A stretch of 64,000 nucleotides of DNA from Halorarum halobium (GCF_032116555.1 NZ_CP134949.1:124001-188000); one strand, 5' to 3'; positions 10,529 to 20,441 are shown, numbered from the stretch's first letter. Numbers and translations are program-made. Notes: generated from the sequence alone by a model not told the origin.

Positions 10529-10618
10529 ATGAGCAAGGCGACCAAGATCGTTCTCGCCACGGTCGGCGGCTCGGCGACGCTCGCGCTGGCGCTCGCGTTC
10601 GTGATCGCGTTCGCCTGA
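10529..10618 (+). CDS. Small 29-aa single-TM protein (MSKATKIVLATVGGSATLALALAFVIAFA)
   Basis: TATA-like TTTATG at 10498-10503, typical codon usage, stop 2 nt before the next gene. Confidence 0.6.
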   Translation: MSKATKIVLATVGGSATLALALAFVIAFA

Positions 10619-10620
10619 CC

Positions 10621-11439
10621 GTGTTCTCACGACGCGAGGTCGGCGACGACCTGCCGGCGGCCCTCGGCGAGGAGGTCGCGTCCGTCCGCGAGTCGCACGC
10701 GCCGGACTGCGTCGTCCTCGATGCCGCCCGGGACTTCGAGACGGTCCCACCCGCCGCGGTGGAGGACCTCGGACTGCTAGTCGACGCGCTCGACCCGGCG
10801 AGCTCCCCGAGCGAGTGGCTCCCGGACGATGCGCCGCAGGCGCTCGTTCGGTACGCCGGCGGCGATTTTACCGTCGGGATGCCCGGCGACGGCACGGTGG
10901 TTTCGACCCGACAGACCGACCCGCCGACGGTCATCGTCAAGAAACGCGCGGAGGGAACGCCGCGCCCGTTCCTCGCGTTTCTGCTCGCCGAGGCGTTCGT
11001 CGAACGCTCGGCGGACGTGCCCGAGCAGTTCCTCCCGTTCTTCGGCGAGCAGTACCGCGAGCTGGCCGACGTCGTCCCGCTCGGCCCGCCGGAGGTGTAC
11101 CAGCTCGCGGCCGCCCTGTTCGACGCCTGGGTCGGCCTCCACACCCGTCCGGTCTTCGCATCGTGGGGGAACGATGACGCCGGTGACGCCTGCCCGCGGC
11201 TCCACGAGGCGTGGGTCGACGCCGGCGAGCGGCTGACGGGTCGACTCGGGGACCTCTCGGGGGAGGTGGCTCGGGGCCGGACGTCGTTCCCGGCGGCGAC
11301 CGAGTACGCCTGTTCTGCCGTCAAACACGACCTCGACCTCCCGTCGCCGTTCGACGCGCTGGACGCGACCGCCTACCGCGAACACGGCGCGGAGTACGCG
11401 GTCAGATGGGCCGAAAAGACGTTCGAGACGCTCTCCTGA
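10621..11439 (+). CDS. Conserved haloarchaeal hypothetical protein
   Basis: 272-aa acidic ORF with haloarchaeal codon bias and no recognised catalytic motif. Confidence 0.8.
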   Translation: MFSRREVGDDLPAALGEEVASVRESHAPDCVVLDAARDFETVPPAAVEDLGLLVDALDPASSPSEWLPDDAPQALVRYAGGDFTVGMPGDGTVVSTRQTDPPTVIVKKRAEGTPRPFLAFLLAEAFVERSADVPEQFLPFFGEQYRELADVVPLGPPEVYQLAAALFDAWVGLHTRPVFASWGNDDAGDACPRLHEAWVDAGERLTGRLGDLSGEVARGRTSFPAATEYACSAVKHDLDLPSPFDALDATAYREHGAEYAVRWAEKTFETLS

Positions 11440-11573
11440 ACTCTCTCAGCGTTCGGGTCCCGGGCCGTTTCTCGTCCAGTCCGTTCTCGCACCGTCCGTT
11501 CTCGTCCCCGCTCCATCACGTCCCAACCCTCGCCAGTTCGATCCCGGGTCCCGATTCTGTCGGACCGGGCGCG

Positions 11574-12155
11574 CTACCGCAGTTCGACCGAGACGTCCCC
11601 GTCGCCCGTGAGGTCGATGACGCCGTCGAAGAGGTTGCGGAAGCGGTCGAGCGTCCCCTGGTCGTGGACCTCCTTCGAGAGGTGAAACAGCCCGACTGCG
11701 TCGTGTTCGACCAGCAGGTCCAGGATGGCCGCCGACGCCTCGTACGTCTCGTCCACGTCCGCGTAGTAGGCCATCTCGGTGAGCGAGTCGACGCTGACGC
11801 GCCGCTTGCCGGCGGTGTCCGCGAGGAACGACTCGACCTGCATCACCACGCCGTCGAGGTCGTCGGGCGAGGAGACGTAGTGGAGGTGGTCCGAGGAGCG
11901 CCGGGAGTAGCCGCGTTCGACCGAGATGGTGTCGAGGATGTCGGCGCGGGACTCGTCGACGTCGTAGTGTTCGAGCTTCTGTTCGACCTCCCGGGCGGTG
12001 GTTCGGGTGGAGACGACGAGGAATCGGTCGGTGTCGATCTTCAGAAAGTCGGTGTCGATGCGGTCCGTCTCGCCGATGCTGGGGTGGAGGAGGAGCAGTC
12101 CGGTTCCCCCCGGGATGGTGGTGTCGGTGTCTCCCGTGGCGAGCCTGTAATCCAT
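11574..12155 (-). CDS. RecA/KaiC-like fold protein with degenerate P-loop
   Basis: IPGGTGLLLLHPSIGET, RVSVDSLTEM and FDGVIDL resemble the KaiC-like scaffold, but there is no GKT. Confidence 0.7.
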   Translation of the reverse strand: MDYRLATGDTDTTIPGGTGLLLLHPSIGETDRIDTDFLKIDTDRFLVVSTRTTAREVEQKLEHYDVDESRADILDTISVERGYSRRSSDHLHYVSSPDDLDGVVMQVESFLADTAGKRRVSVDSLTEMAYYADVDETYEASAAILDLLVEHDAVGLFHLSKEVHDQGTLDRFRNLFDGVIDLTGDGDVSVELR

Positions 12156-12406
12156 GTACGTTGCTCCGTCCGGCCGGACTTAATTCTGCGGGGATTCGGG
12201 AACCGGTGGTCCGCATCCGTTCGGGGGTTCGATCCCCGGCCGAAAGGCGGTCGCCCCTCGGCTGTCAGGCGATCGACTCTTGGCTTTTCGGGCGCTCGAT
12301 CCCGGCCGGAAACGGGCTGACTCGGGCGCGGTCGGACGTGAACCGCCGGCCGTGTAGTTCGTTACCCCACAACATACTTAGTGCGGAAGCGTTACTGTAT
12401 AGACGA

Positions 12407-12829
12407 ATGTCTGACGATAGCTTCAGGTGCGGAGGTGATGAATTGAACGGGTGTCGGAACACGGGGTCCGGGGACGATCTGGAGCAGGATGGCGGGAAGA
12501 CGACGGTGGACGCGGTGTTCGAGTGTCTCCGTCACCCGCGACGTCGGTTCATCCTGAGCTATCTTCGGGAACACGAGATGGCGACGGTCGAGGAACTCGC
12601 CCGGCAGGTCGCCGCGTGGGAGGCTGGAGTTCCGCCCGACGAGGTAGCCGAGCCACACCGCGAACGCGTTACGACGGCCCTGGTTCACACCCACCTGCCG
12701 AAGCTGGCCGACGAGGTGTTCATCGAGTACGACCGCCGCAGCAACGACGTCAGGTTCACCGATCCGCCGGAGATGCTCCGGGAACTGCTGGGGATCGTCT
12801 CGACGTTCGACGACGACGCGGACGTGTGA
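12407..12829 (+). CDS. Winged-helix protein (haloarchaeal DUF7344-like)
   Basis: FECLRHPRRRFILSYL...LARQVAAWE...LVHTHLPKLAD motif. Confidence 0.8.
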   Translation: MSDDSFRCGGDELNGCRNTGSGDDLEQDGGKTTVDAVFECLRHPRRRFILSYLREHEMATVEELARQVAAWEAGVPPDEVAEPHRERVTTALVHTHLPKLADEVFIEYDRRSNDVRFTDPPEMLRELLGIVSTFDDDADV

Positions 12830-12883
12830 GCGCTCGACGCGAACCGACGGGGTGGTCGCTGACCGCCTCGTGTCGCCGCGGGT

Positions 12884-13015
12884 CGGGTCGGAACAGGCTC
12901 GCGGCGGCGAGGTGCCGCTCGCGATCAGAACACCTCGGCGGCGACCGCCCGCCGCCTCGGGTCGGAACACGCTCGCGGCGGCCAAGTGCCGCTCGCGGTC
13001 AGAACAGGCTGTCGG
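12884..13015. repeat. Degenerate tandem repeat (4 units of ~35-39 bp, dimer period ~74 bp) that includes the stop of the adjacent gene
   Basis: CGGGTCGGAACA(G/C)GCTCGCGGCGGC..GTGCCGCTCGCG.TCAGAACA occurs at 12884-12932 and 12958-13006. Confidence 0.8.
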
Positions 13016-13439
13016 CGGTGGCGGCCCCGATGACCGAGAAGACGGCACCGACGCTCATCGCCTTGAGCGTGACGTAGACCATCGTCGCCGTCGAGACCGG
13101 TCCCTCGACGTGGTTCGGGACGAGCGTCGCGGGCGCGTCGAACGACAGCGCGAGGATGAGCACCGAGAGGTACGAGACGGCGATGAGCGAGAGGAACCGC
13201 AGCGGGACGCCGCCGACCTCCGCCTCGCGGTCCGGGTCGCGCTCGTCGTCGGCCTTGTACAGCGCGCCGTAGCCGACCGCGAACACGATGACGACGGTCG
13301 TGACCGTCTGATACCACTCCATCCCGACCGCGAGCGCCCACACCTCGTCGGTGACGACGAACGGTCCCGCGAGGAGGAAGCCGCCCACCACCTGCTGGGC
13401 GGTGTCCGCGAGCTGGTACCGACGGCCTCGTCCGACCAT
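12999..13439 (-). CDS. DUF2391-like membrane protein
   Basis: DTAQQVVGGFLLAGPFVVTDEVW...FSVIGAATAD, with about 4 TM segments. Confidence 0.8.
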   Translation of the reverse strand: MVGRGRRYQLADTAQQVVGGFLLAGPFVVTDEVWALAVGMEWYQTVTTVVIVFAVGYGALYKADDERDPDREAEVGGVPLRFLSLIAVSYLSVLILALSFDAPATLVPNHVEGPVSTATMVYVTLKAMSVGAVFSVIGAATADSLF

Positions 13440-13677
13440 GGGTTGGAAAACCGGGGACGGAATAAAAACGTCCCGAGGCGACCGACCCGCCCGGGACGCG
13501 ATCCGTCGGCACCGCACTGATCGATCGCGGGGATTCGACGGCGACGGGCCGGTCGCCCGTCGAAATCGGGCGGCGGCAATCCTCGGGAGGGAGGACAGCG
13601 TTAAACGCGGACCCGTGTTATCCGACCCCATGCACACGGATGCAGCTTCAGCCCACCGAGCGCGGGTGGGACGGTAG

Positions 13678-14856
13678 ATGCGGGTCGTAGCGAAGTTCGG
13701 GGGGACCTCCCTCGGCTCCGGGGACCGGGTGGCGCGGGCGGCGGACTCGATCGCCAAGGCGGTCGACTCGGGCCACGAGATCGCGGTGGTCGCCTCCGCC
13801 ATGGGTTCGACGACCGACGAACTGCTCGAGGAGATCGAGTTCGAGGTCGACGACGCGGACCGGGCTGAGATCGTCTCGATGGGCGAGCGCACGTCGGTAC
13901 GGATGCTCAAGGCGGCGCTCACGGCCAGGGGGGTCGACGCGACGTTCCTCGAACCGGGCAGCGAGGAGTGGCCGGTCATCACCAACGAGGTCGGCGAACT
14001 CGACGCCGAGGCGACCCGCGAGCGCGCCGCGACCCTCGCGGCCTCCCTCGACGGGACGGTCCCGGTCATCACGGGCTTTCTCGCACAGACGCTCGCGGGC
14101 GAGGTCACGACGCTCGGCCGCGGCGGATCGGACACGAGCGCGGTCATGCTCGGCAAGTACATGGACGCCGACGAGGTCGTCATCGTCACCGACGTGGAGG
14201 GCGTGATGACCGGCGACCCCCACGTCGTCGAGGGGGCGCGAAACGTCGCGCGCATCACGGTCGACGAACTCCGGAACCTCTCGTTCCGCGGCGCCGAGGT
14301 GATCGCGCCCTCCGCGCTCGTCTACAAGGACGAGGACCTGGACGTCCGGGTCGTCCACTACCAGCACGGCGACCTGCTCGCGGGCGGCACCCGCATCGAG
14401 GGCACCTTCCAGAACCTCATCGACATGCGGGAGGACTCGCTCGCCTGCGTCACCGTCGCGGGTCGGGCGATCCGGAACCGACCGGGCATCCTCGCGGACC
14501 TCTCGACGGCGCTCCGGGGCGCGGAGATCAACATCGACGCGGTCGCCTCGGGGATGGATTCGGTCACCTTCTACGTCGACACCGACATCTCCGGGGCCGC
14601 ACAGGCGACCCTGCACGAGGAGGTCGTCGGCGACGAGTCGCTCTCGTCGGTCACCGTCGAGGACGACTTCGCCGTCGTCCGCGTGATGGGCGGGGAACTG
14701 CCGAACCGACCGGGCGTCATCTCGGACATCGTCGGCCCAATCGCCGCCGCCGGCATCACCGTCCACGACATCATCACCTCGGCGACCTCCGTGGCGCTGT
14801 TCGTCGACTGGGAGGACCGCGAGGAGGTGCTCCGCATCGTGCAGGACGAGTTCTGA
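13678..14856 (+). CDS. lysC: Aspartate kinase
   Basis: VAKFGGTS, TLGRGGSDTSA and TDVEGV motifs plus two ACT-like domains. Confidence 0.95.
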   Translation: MRVVAKFGGTSLGSGDRVARAADSIAKAVDSGHEIAVVASAMGSTTDELLEEIEFEVDDADRAEIVSMGERTSVRMLKAALTARGVDATFLEPGSEEWPVITNEVGELDAEATRERAATLAASLDGTVPVITGFLAQTLAGEVTTLGRGGSDTSAVMLGKYMDADEVVIVTDVEGVMTGDPHVVEGARNVARITVDELRNLSFRGAEVIAPSALVYKDEDLDVRVVHYQHGDLLAGGTRIEGTFQNLIDMREDSLACVTVAGRAIRNRPGILADLSTALRGAEINIDAVASGMDSVTFYVDTDISGAAQATLHEEVVGDESLSSVTVEDDFAVVRVMGGELPNRPGVISDIVGPIAAAGITVHDIITSATSVALFVDWEDREEVLRIVQDEF

Positions 14857-14934
14857 GCGGGGGGCGACGGGCGAACCGTGCCCGGCCGCCGTTCGGTCCC
14901 CGATCACCGGCTGAGGCCGGTCCGCAGTCGGTTT

Positions 14935-16041
14935 TCAGGGCGCTTCGAACCCGTCGACGAGCGACCGGAACGCCGCTCCGTCGAGGAACTGCGAGGAGCC
15001 GGCCCAGGCGGCGTACCGGACGCCGCCCTCCTCCCACGTCGCTTCCCACGCGCCGTGGTCCTCGGTCAGCGCGCCGTAGTGGCCCGTCGTCCCGCGCAGG
15101 TCGAGACGCCGCCTCGCCCCGGCCGATTGATCGGACTCCTGGGGCGGGAGATCGGGCGCGAGCGAACTGTCCGCGCCGGCCGCGATCAGCCACAGGTGGT
15201 CGCTGGCGTTCTCACGCCGACGGAACACGCACTCGACCGCGTCCTCGTCCGGGAACGCGACCGCCGAGTCCAGCACGTACCCGTCCCCGGACGGCACCAG
15301 CGGCCGGACGTTGGTGTCGCCCGCCGCCGCATCGCCCGCGGGCGCATTTGTCGCCAGCTCGACAGGCGAGAGGGGACGGCTGGACCCGTACGGGTGCGTC
15401 GGCGCGTAGTCCCAGACGCCGTGCGAGACGGCGACCGGCGGGCACCGATATCGAACCCAGTAGTTCAGCCGGTGGAACGGGACCGCCCGGACCGCGGCGG
15501 CGCCGTCGGGGTCGGCGGGCGTCAATCCGTCGAGCACCGTCCGCAACTCGTCGTCCGAGAACTCGCCGGCCACGACCGAGAGTTCGACCTGGGTCCGGTC
15601 GCGCTGGACGCACGCCCCTCGACGGCCCATGTAGTCGGTGCCGAGCCACCCGACCTCGTCGCCGGCGGTGACCGGCGTGGGGTCGTCTGTCCGCCACAGC
15701 GGCGCGATGCTGGCCGCGGGCGGTGCCCAGTCGTAGAGAAACGCTTTGAGCCGGAGCCGTCGGCTCTCGCCCTCGATCATCGCCCGAACGCTGCACGGGT
15801 TTCCGTCGCTGTGTGGGGTCTGGCCGATGTCCTCGGCGGTCACGTCGCCGGGACGGCCCGGCGGCTGTTCCGGGCGCAGGGTGACCTCGCCCACCCGGCA
15901 GTCGTCCGGAAGCCGGTTCGGTTCGAGGACGACGAAGTTCGTGTCGGACTGGGCGTCGGCGAAGGTGGTTTCGCGGGGCGTCGCGGCGTCCTCGCTCGCG
16001 TCGAGGCTCGCCGCCGGGTCGGCGGTTCGCCAGACGGTCAT
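14935..16041 (-). CDS. Hypothetical protein (~368 aa)
   Basis: Acidic, Trp-rich ORF with haloarchaeal codon usage, divergent from tnaA. No recognised family. Confidence 0.7.
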   Translation of the reverse strand: MTVWRTADPAASLDASEDAATPRETTFADAQSDTNFVVLEPNRLPDDCRVGEVTLRPEQPPGRPGDVTAEDIGQTPHSDGNPCSVRAMIEGESRRLRLKAFLYDWAPPAASIAPLWRTDDPTPVTAGDEVGWLGTDYMGRRGACVQRDRTQVELSVVAGEFSDDELRTVLDGLTPADPDGAAAVRAVPFHRLNYWVRYRCPPVAVSHGVWDYAPTHPYGSSRPLSPVELATNAPAGDAAAGDTNVRPLVPSGDGYVLDSAVAFPDEDAVECVFRRRENASDHLWLIAAGADSSLAPDLPPQESDQSAGARRRLDLRGTTGHYGALTEDHGAWEATWEEGGVRYAAWAGSSQFLDGAAFRSLVDGFEAP

Positions 16042-16357
16042 CGGCGACCACCGCGGCTGCCGGGGTGTGGTCGTTCCGTCCCGAGCCGAACTGTCAGGAG
16101 GGTCGCCGTCGGGCCGTCTCGAACGCGGGTTCGCATGTCCGGGGCTCCCGTGGGGACGATGAAAAGGGTTCGCTGAAGCCAACTCCCGTTTTCGAAACTT
16201 CATTTCCGGCGGCAGCGGCGCGACCCGGGCCGCGGCAGTCTCGACGTGGGACGACTGTGCCTCGCTGTGCCGACCAGTCCATCGTCGCTCGGACCTGTTC
16301 GCTGGTGTTCACACCGTCTTCGGGGGTATCTAAGTCGGGGCCGCGGGGAGGGCGAGC

Positions 16358-17722
16358 ATGCGCAACTACAAGGCCAAGATGGTCGAGCCGATCACCCTCC
16401 CCTCACGCGAGCGCCGGGAGGCCGTGCTGGCGGAGGCTGGCTACAACGCGTTCAACGTGCCGGCCGACGAGGTGTACGTCGACCTGCTCACGGACAGCGG
16501 CACCGGGACGATGAGCGACTCGCAGTGGGCCGCGCTGATGCGTGGCGACGAGTCCTACGCCGGCAGCCGGTCGTTCTCGGCGCTCGAGGAGGCGGTCTCG
16601 GACGTGATGGGGTTCCCGAACGTCGTCCCCTGCCACCAGGGCCGCGGGGCCGAGAACGTGCTCTACGGCTGTCTCGTCGAGGAGGGCGACGTCGTGCTCA
16701 ACAACGCCCACTTCGACACCACCCGCGCCCACGTCGCCAACCTCGGCGCGGACCCGGTCGACTGCCCGGTCGAGGGCGCGCGCGACCCCGACGTCGCCGG
16801 CGAGTTCAAGGGGAACTTCTCGGTCGACCGCGCCCGCGAGGCGGTCGCCGAGGTCGGCCACGAGAACGTCCCGGTCGTCGTGCTCACCGTCACAAACAAC
16901 TCCACCGCCGGCCAGCCGGTCAGCGTCGCCAACACCCGCGAGGTCGCCGAGTTCGCCCGCGAGATCGACGCGACGTTCGTGATCGACGCCTGCCGGTTCG
17001 CCGAGAACGCCGAGTTCGTCCGCCGCCGCGAGCCGGAGTTTTCCGGCACGACCGTCGCCGACATCGCCCGCGAACAGCTCTCGTACGCGGACGCGCTGGT
17101 CATGAGCGGGAAGAAGGAGGGGCTGGCGAACGTCGGCGGGTTCGCCGCCATCGCGGCGGAACCGGCGGGCGAGGCCGCGGATCGGCTGTTCGCCCGGGCG
17201 AAGCAGCGCGCCATCCTCTACGAGGGGTTCCCGACGTACGGCGGGATGGCCGGCCGCGACATGCAGGCGATGGCGGTCGGCCTGCGCGAGGTCGTCGAGC
17301 CGCCCTACCCGACCGCCCGCATCGACCAGGTCGCCGCCTTCGGCGACCTGCTCTCGGAGGCGGGGCTGCCCGTCTACCGCCCCGTCGGCGGCCACGCGGT
17401 GTATCTCGACGCCGGCGACCTGTTCCCGAACGTCGCCCCCGACGAGTTCCCGGGCCAGACGCTCGTCTGTGAACTGTACCGCGAGGGCGGGGTCCGGGGG
17501 GTCGAACTCGGCAGCTTCGCGTTCCCCGGGGCCGACCGGCCGGAACTCGTCCGCCTGGCGCTGCCCCGCCGGACGTACGCCCGCGAGCACCTCGAACACG
17601 TCGCCGACGCGGGCGCGGCGCTGCTGGACCGGCGCGGGGAGGTGCGGGGCCTGGAGATCGTCTCGGAGCCGCCGGTCCCGGAGCTCCGGCACTTCTCGGC
17701 CGAACTGGAACCCGTCGAATGA
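16358..17722 (+). CDS. tnaA: Tryptophanase (beta-eliminating lyase)
   Basis: DLLTDSGT, HQGRGAE, FDTTRAH, the PLP-Lys motif MSGKK, EGFPTYGG and LRHFSA. Confidence 0.92.
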   Translation: MRNYKAKMVEPITLPSRERREAVLAEAGYNAFNVPADEVYVDLLTDSGTGTMSDSQWAALMRGDESYAGSRSFSALEEAVSDVMGFPNVVPCHQGRGAENVLYGCLVEEGDVVLNNAHFDTTRAHVANLGADPVDCPVEGARDPDVAGEFKGNFSVDRAREAVAEVGHENVPVVVLTVTNNSTAGQPVSVANTREVAEFAREIDATFVIDACRFAENAEFVRRREPEFSGTTVADIAREQLSYADALVMSGKKEGLANVGGFAAIAAEPAGEAADRLFARAKQRAILYEGFPTYGGMAGRDMQAMAVGLREVVEPPYPTARIDQVAAFGDLLSEAGLPVYRPVGGHAVYLDAGDLFPNVAPDEFPGQTLVCELYREGGVRGVELGSFAFPGADRPELVRLALPRRTYAREHLEHVADAGAALLDRRGEVRGLEIVSEPPVPELRHFSAELEPVE

Positions 17723-17800
17723 CGTCGTAGCCGGCGTCCCCGCGGTCGCGGCCATCGTCCTCGCCGCCGTCGCCGCTCCCGGAGTCCCCGAACGCGTCAA

Positions 17801-18505
17801 CTACCGGCCCTCGGACAGCCGCGTCCCGATCTGCTCAGGTAGCCCGGCGTCCTGCACGGCAGCCACCACCTCGTCGACGTCGTACGCGACCCGGCGCTCG
17901 TCGACCGTCAGGTCGTCGAGATCCAGGACGGCGTACGCGGCGCGGGGGTCGCGGTCGCGCGGCTGACCGACGCTCCCGGGGTTCACGACGACGCCCTCGG
18001 GGAACCGCTCGTGGCCCTGGACGTGCGTGTGGCCGAGCACGAGCACGTCGGGGTCGTCGCCGGTCGCCTGTCCGATTCGTCCGTCCGCGTTGCCCGCGGC
18101 GGCAAGCAGCCCGGCACCGAACTCCTCGGGATAGGTGTAGTGGTTCCGGCGCGTCGGGTGGTCGTGGACCGTCGCCACCCTGCCGTCGGCGATCATCGTC
18201 GCCTCCGGCAGCGAGGCGAGCCAGTCGAGCGCGGTCGCGTCGAGTTCCCGGTGGGCGTACTCGACGCCGGCTTGCCCCATCGAGTTGAACCGCGGGGCCG
18301 AGCCGGCCACGACCGCGCGGTCGTGGTTCCCCGACACCGTCGGCACGTCGCGCTCGCGGAGTTCGGCGACGCACGCGCCCGGCCAGGGGCCGTAGCCGAC
18401 CACGTCGCCCGCACAGAGCAGGCCGTCCACCGGGGGCATGTCCGCGAGGACGGCCTCCAGCGCGACCCGGTTGCCGTGCACGTCCGAGATGAGGCCCAGT
18501 TTCAC
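17801..18505 (-). CDS. Metallophosphoesterase (calcineurin-like)
   Basis: SDVHGN, AGDVVGYG, GNHD, GHTH and NPGSVGQPRD motifs. Confidence 0.92.
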   Translation of the reverse strand: MKLGLISDVHGNRVALEAVLADMPPVDGLLCAGDVVGYGPWPGACVAELRERDVPTVSGNHDRAVVAGSAPRFNSMGQAGVEYAHRELDATALDWLASLPEATMIADGRVATVHDHPTRRNHYTYPEEFGAGLLAAAGNADGRIGQATGDDPDVLVLGHTHVQGHERFPEGVVVNPGSVGQPRDRDPRAAYAVLDLDDLTVDERRVAYDVDEVVAAVQDAGLPEQIGTRLSEGR

Positions 18506-18609
18506 GGTCCGGGGTTCGGGATGGGGGAAGTTATCGCTGGCCCCGTCGCGGGCCGACCGCGTCCGCCGAGAGGCCACCCCGACGGATCGAGGTACGCCCG
18601 AGGAACCTT

Positions 18610-18683
18610 CCGCCGCCAGTGGTCGAGCACGGTGCTACCGCCGCCAGTGGTCGAGCACGGTGCTACCGCCGCCAGTGGTCGAG
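18610..18683. repeat. 28-bp tandem repeat (~2.6 copies) duplicating the 3' end of the HTH gene
   Basis: CCGCCGCCAGTGGTCGAGCACGGTGCTA at 18610 and 18638, partial copy at 18666. Confidence 0.9.
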
Positions 18684-19517
18684 TACCGTACAGCCCTCGT
18701 CGAGTTCGAGGACGAGTGCCTCGTCCTCGAGGCCGACCGTGAGCCGGGCCGCCGGCGACTCGTCCTCACGACTGACGACGTCCCCGACCCTCGCCAGGTC
18801 GTGTGGCCCGATCTGTGCGTCCGTCGGGCCGAGCCCGTGGTCCGCGTACAGCGTTTCGACGGCGGGGTGGCCCAGCACCGTGTGCGCGACCGGAAGCGGA
18901 TACGACACCCAGCAGGCCTCACACGTCGCGGTCGCGTACGGAACGTCGTCGAGCAGGTACGAGTCCGGGACGGAGTCCCGCGGGAACGAGAGACCGGCGG
19001 CACCCCAGCACCGCGAACAGGCCCCCTCGCGGAGGAGTCGGACGTCGGACGCGTGTTTTCGAAGCGCGAGGTCGATCACCTCCTCCAGCGTCCGGCCCGC
19101 CACCGCTCGCGGCGGGGCCGGATACGCGATCGCGGCACCGTGGGACTGACAGCCGACGTACACCTGGTGGTCCCGGAAGGCCGCGACGAGCGACTGCTCA
19201 CAGTGTGGACACTCGTAGTCGGTCCGCCGTGTCTCGACCGCGACGTCCGCGCCGTCGTACGTTCCCGCCCGGATCGCCGACACGATCTCGAGGGCGGCCA
19301 CCCGCGGCCGGTACTCCCCGTCGACCTTGCGGACGAACTCGTCCTGGAGCGCGTCGAGGTGGTAACTGAACCGGCTGGTGTCGGCCACGCCGACCCGTTC
19401 GCGCAACTGTGAAAACGACGGCCAGCCCGACGACCACGCTTCGTCGTACCGCTCCGCGAGCGTGAGGAGGATCCGAACGCGGGTCTCGTCGGTCAACGCC
19501 GCATACGTGTCGTCCAT
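18663..19517 (-). CDS. ArsR-like winged-helix regulator with C-terminal Cys-rich domain (haloarchaeal)
   Basis: ALTDETRVRIL...FSQLRERVGV.D..RFSYHLDAL, followed by CPHC, CSRC and CEAC. Confidence 0.85.
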   Translation of the reverse strand: MDDTYAALTDETRVRILLTLAERYDEAWSSGWPSFSQLRERVGVADTSRFSYHLDALQDEFVRKVDGEYRPRVAALEIVSAIRAGTYDGADVAVETRRTDYECPHCEQSLVAAFRDHQVYVGCQSHGAAIAYPAPPRAVAGRTLEEVIDLALRKHASDVRLLREGACSRCWGAAGLSFPRDSVPDSYLLDDVPYATATCEACWVSYPLPVAHTVLGHPAVETLYADHGLGPTDAQIGPHDLARVGDVVSREDESPAARLTVGLEDEALVLELDEGCTVLDHWRR

Positions 19518-19651
19518 CGATCCGCCTCCCGGATTCGCCATACCGCCGATCGGGCCCTCGGCGTTGTACGAGTTCCGACTTGACATGTCATTCCCGCAAC
19601 TTAACAGTCATACAGATTACACTTACTACCGTCCCCGCACACTCCACGACC

Positions 19652-20413
19652 GTGGCAGACTCGGCTTCGGCACTCACGGAAGGAACTGGCGGGGGCGAGG
19701 CGCCCCGAACTGGAGTCGCTCGGACGGCCGCCGTGACCGGTGGGCTGCTCGTGGCCGCGCTGGCGGGGACCGCCCTGGCGTCGCTGGCGACGGTCAATCT
19801 GGTCGGAAGCGACGCGAGCGGCACGAGCACGTTCGTCGTGGCCGCCGTCGGCACCGAACTCTGCTTCCTCCTGGTCGGTGCGGCCTACCTCCGGTCCAGG
19901 TCGTCGTTTCACCTCCCCCTTCGACCGCCCGCCCGGTCGGCGGCTCCGGTTCTGATCGGCGGCCTGCTGGCGAGTTTCCTCACGGCCTTCCTCTCGCTCG
20001 CGGTCACCGACGCCGTCGTCCCCGCGCTCGAACTCTCACCCGGGTACATGGAGTACAGCGAACTCGGCGGGCTGACCGGAGCGGGGCTCGTGATCGGCGC
20101 GGGCCTGTCGCTGCTGGTGATCGGTCCCGTCGAGGAGTTCTTCTTCCGCGGGGTGATCCAGGGCCGGCTTCGGGAAGCGCTCGGCCCCGCGGGTGCTGTC
20201 GCTACCGCTGGCGCGTCGTTCGCCCTCTTCCACGTCTACCCCGTCGCGTTGCTGTCCCCGCCGCCCGCCGCGATCGTTCACATGGCGACCTACTACACGC
20301 TCATGGGCGCGATATTCGGCTGGGTGTACCACCGGACTGACACCCTCGTCGCTCCGGCGCTCGTCCACGGGACGTTCAACGCCGCCGTGTTCTCGCTCCC
20401 GTTGCTGGGCTGA
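19652..20413 (+). CDS. CPBP/Abi family intramembrane metalloprotease
   Basis: EEFFFRG, FALFH and HGTFN motifs in a multi-TM protein. Confidence 0.88.
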   Translation: MADSASALTEGTGGGEAPRTGVARTAAVTGGLLVAALAGTALASLATVNLVGSDASGTSTFVVAAVGTELCFLLVGAAYLRSRSSFHLPLRPPARSAAPVLIGGLLASFLTAFLSLAVTDAVVPALELSPGYMEYSELGGLTGAGLVIGAGLSLLVIGPVEEFFFRGVIQGRLREALGPAGAVATAGASFALFHVYPVALLSPPPAAIVHMATYYTLMGAIFGWVYHRTDTLVAPALVHGTFNAAVFSLPLLG

Positions 20414-20441
20414 GTCGCCGGCACGAGGCCACCGCGACCGC

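Noticed and set aside
18610..18683. Possible CRISPR array (28-bp repeats), given the Cas4-like gene in the window
   Set aside because: The repeats are head-to-tail with no spacers and derive from a gene end. There is no cas1 or cas2.
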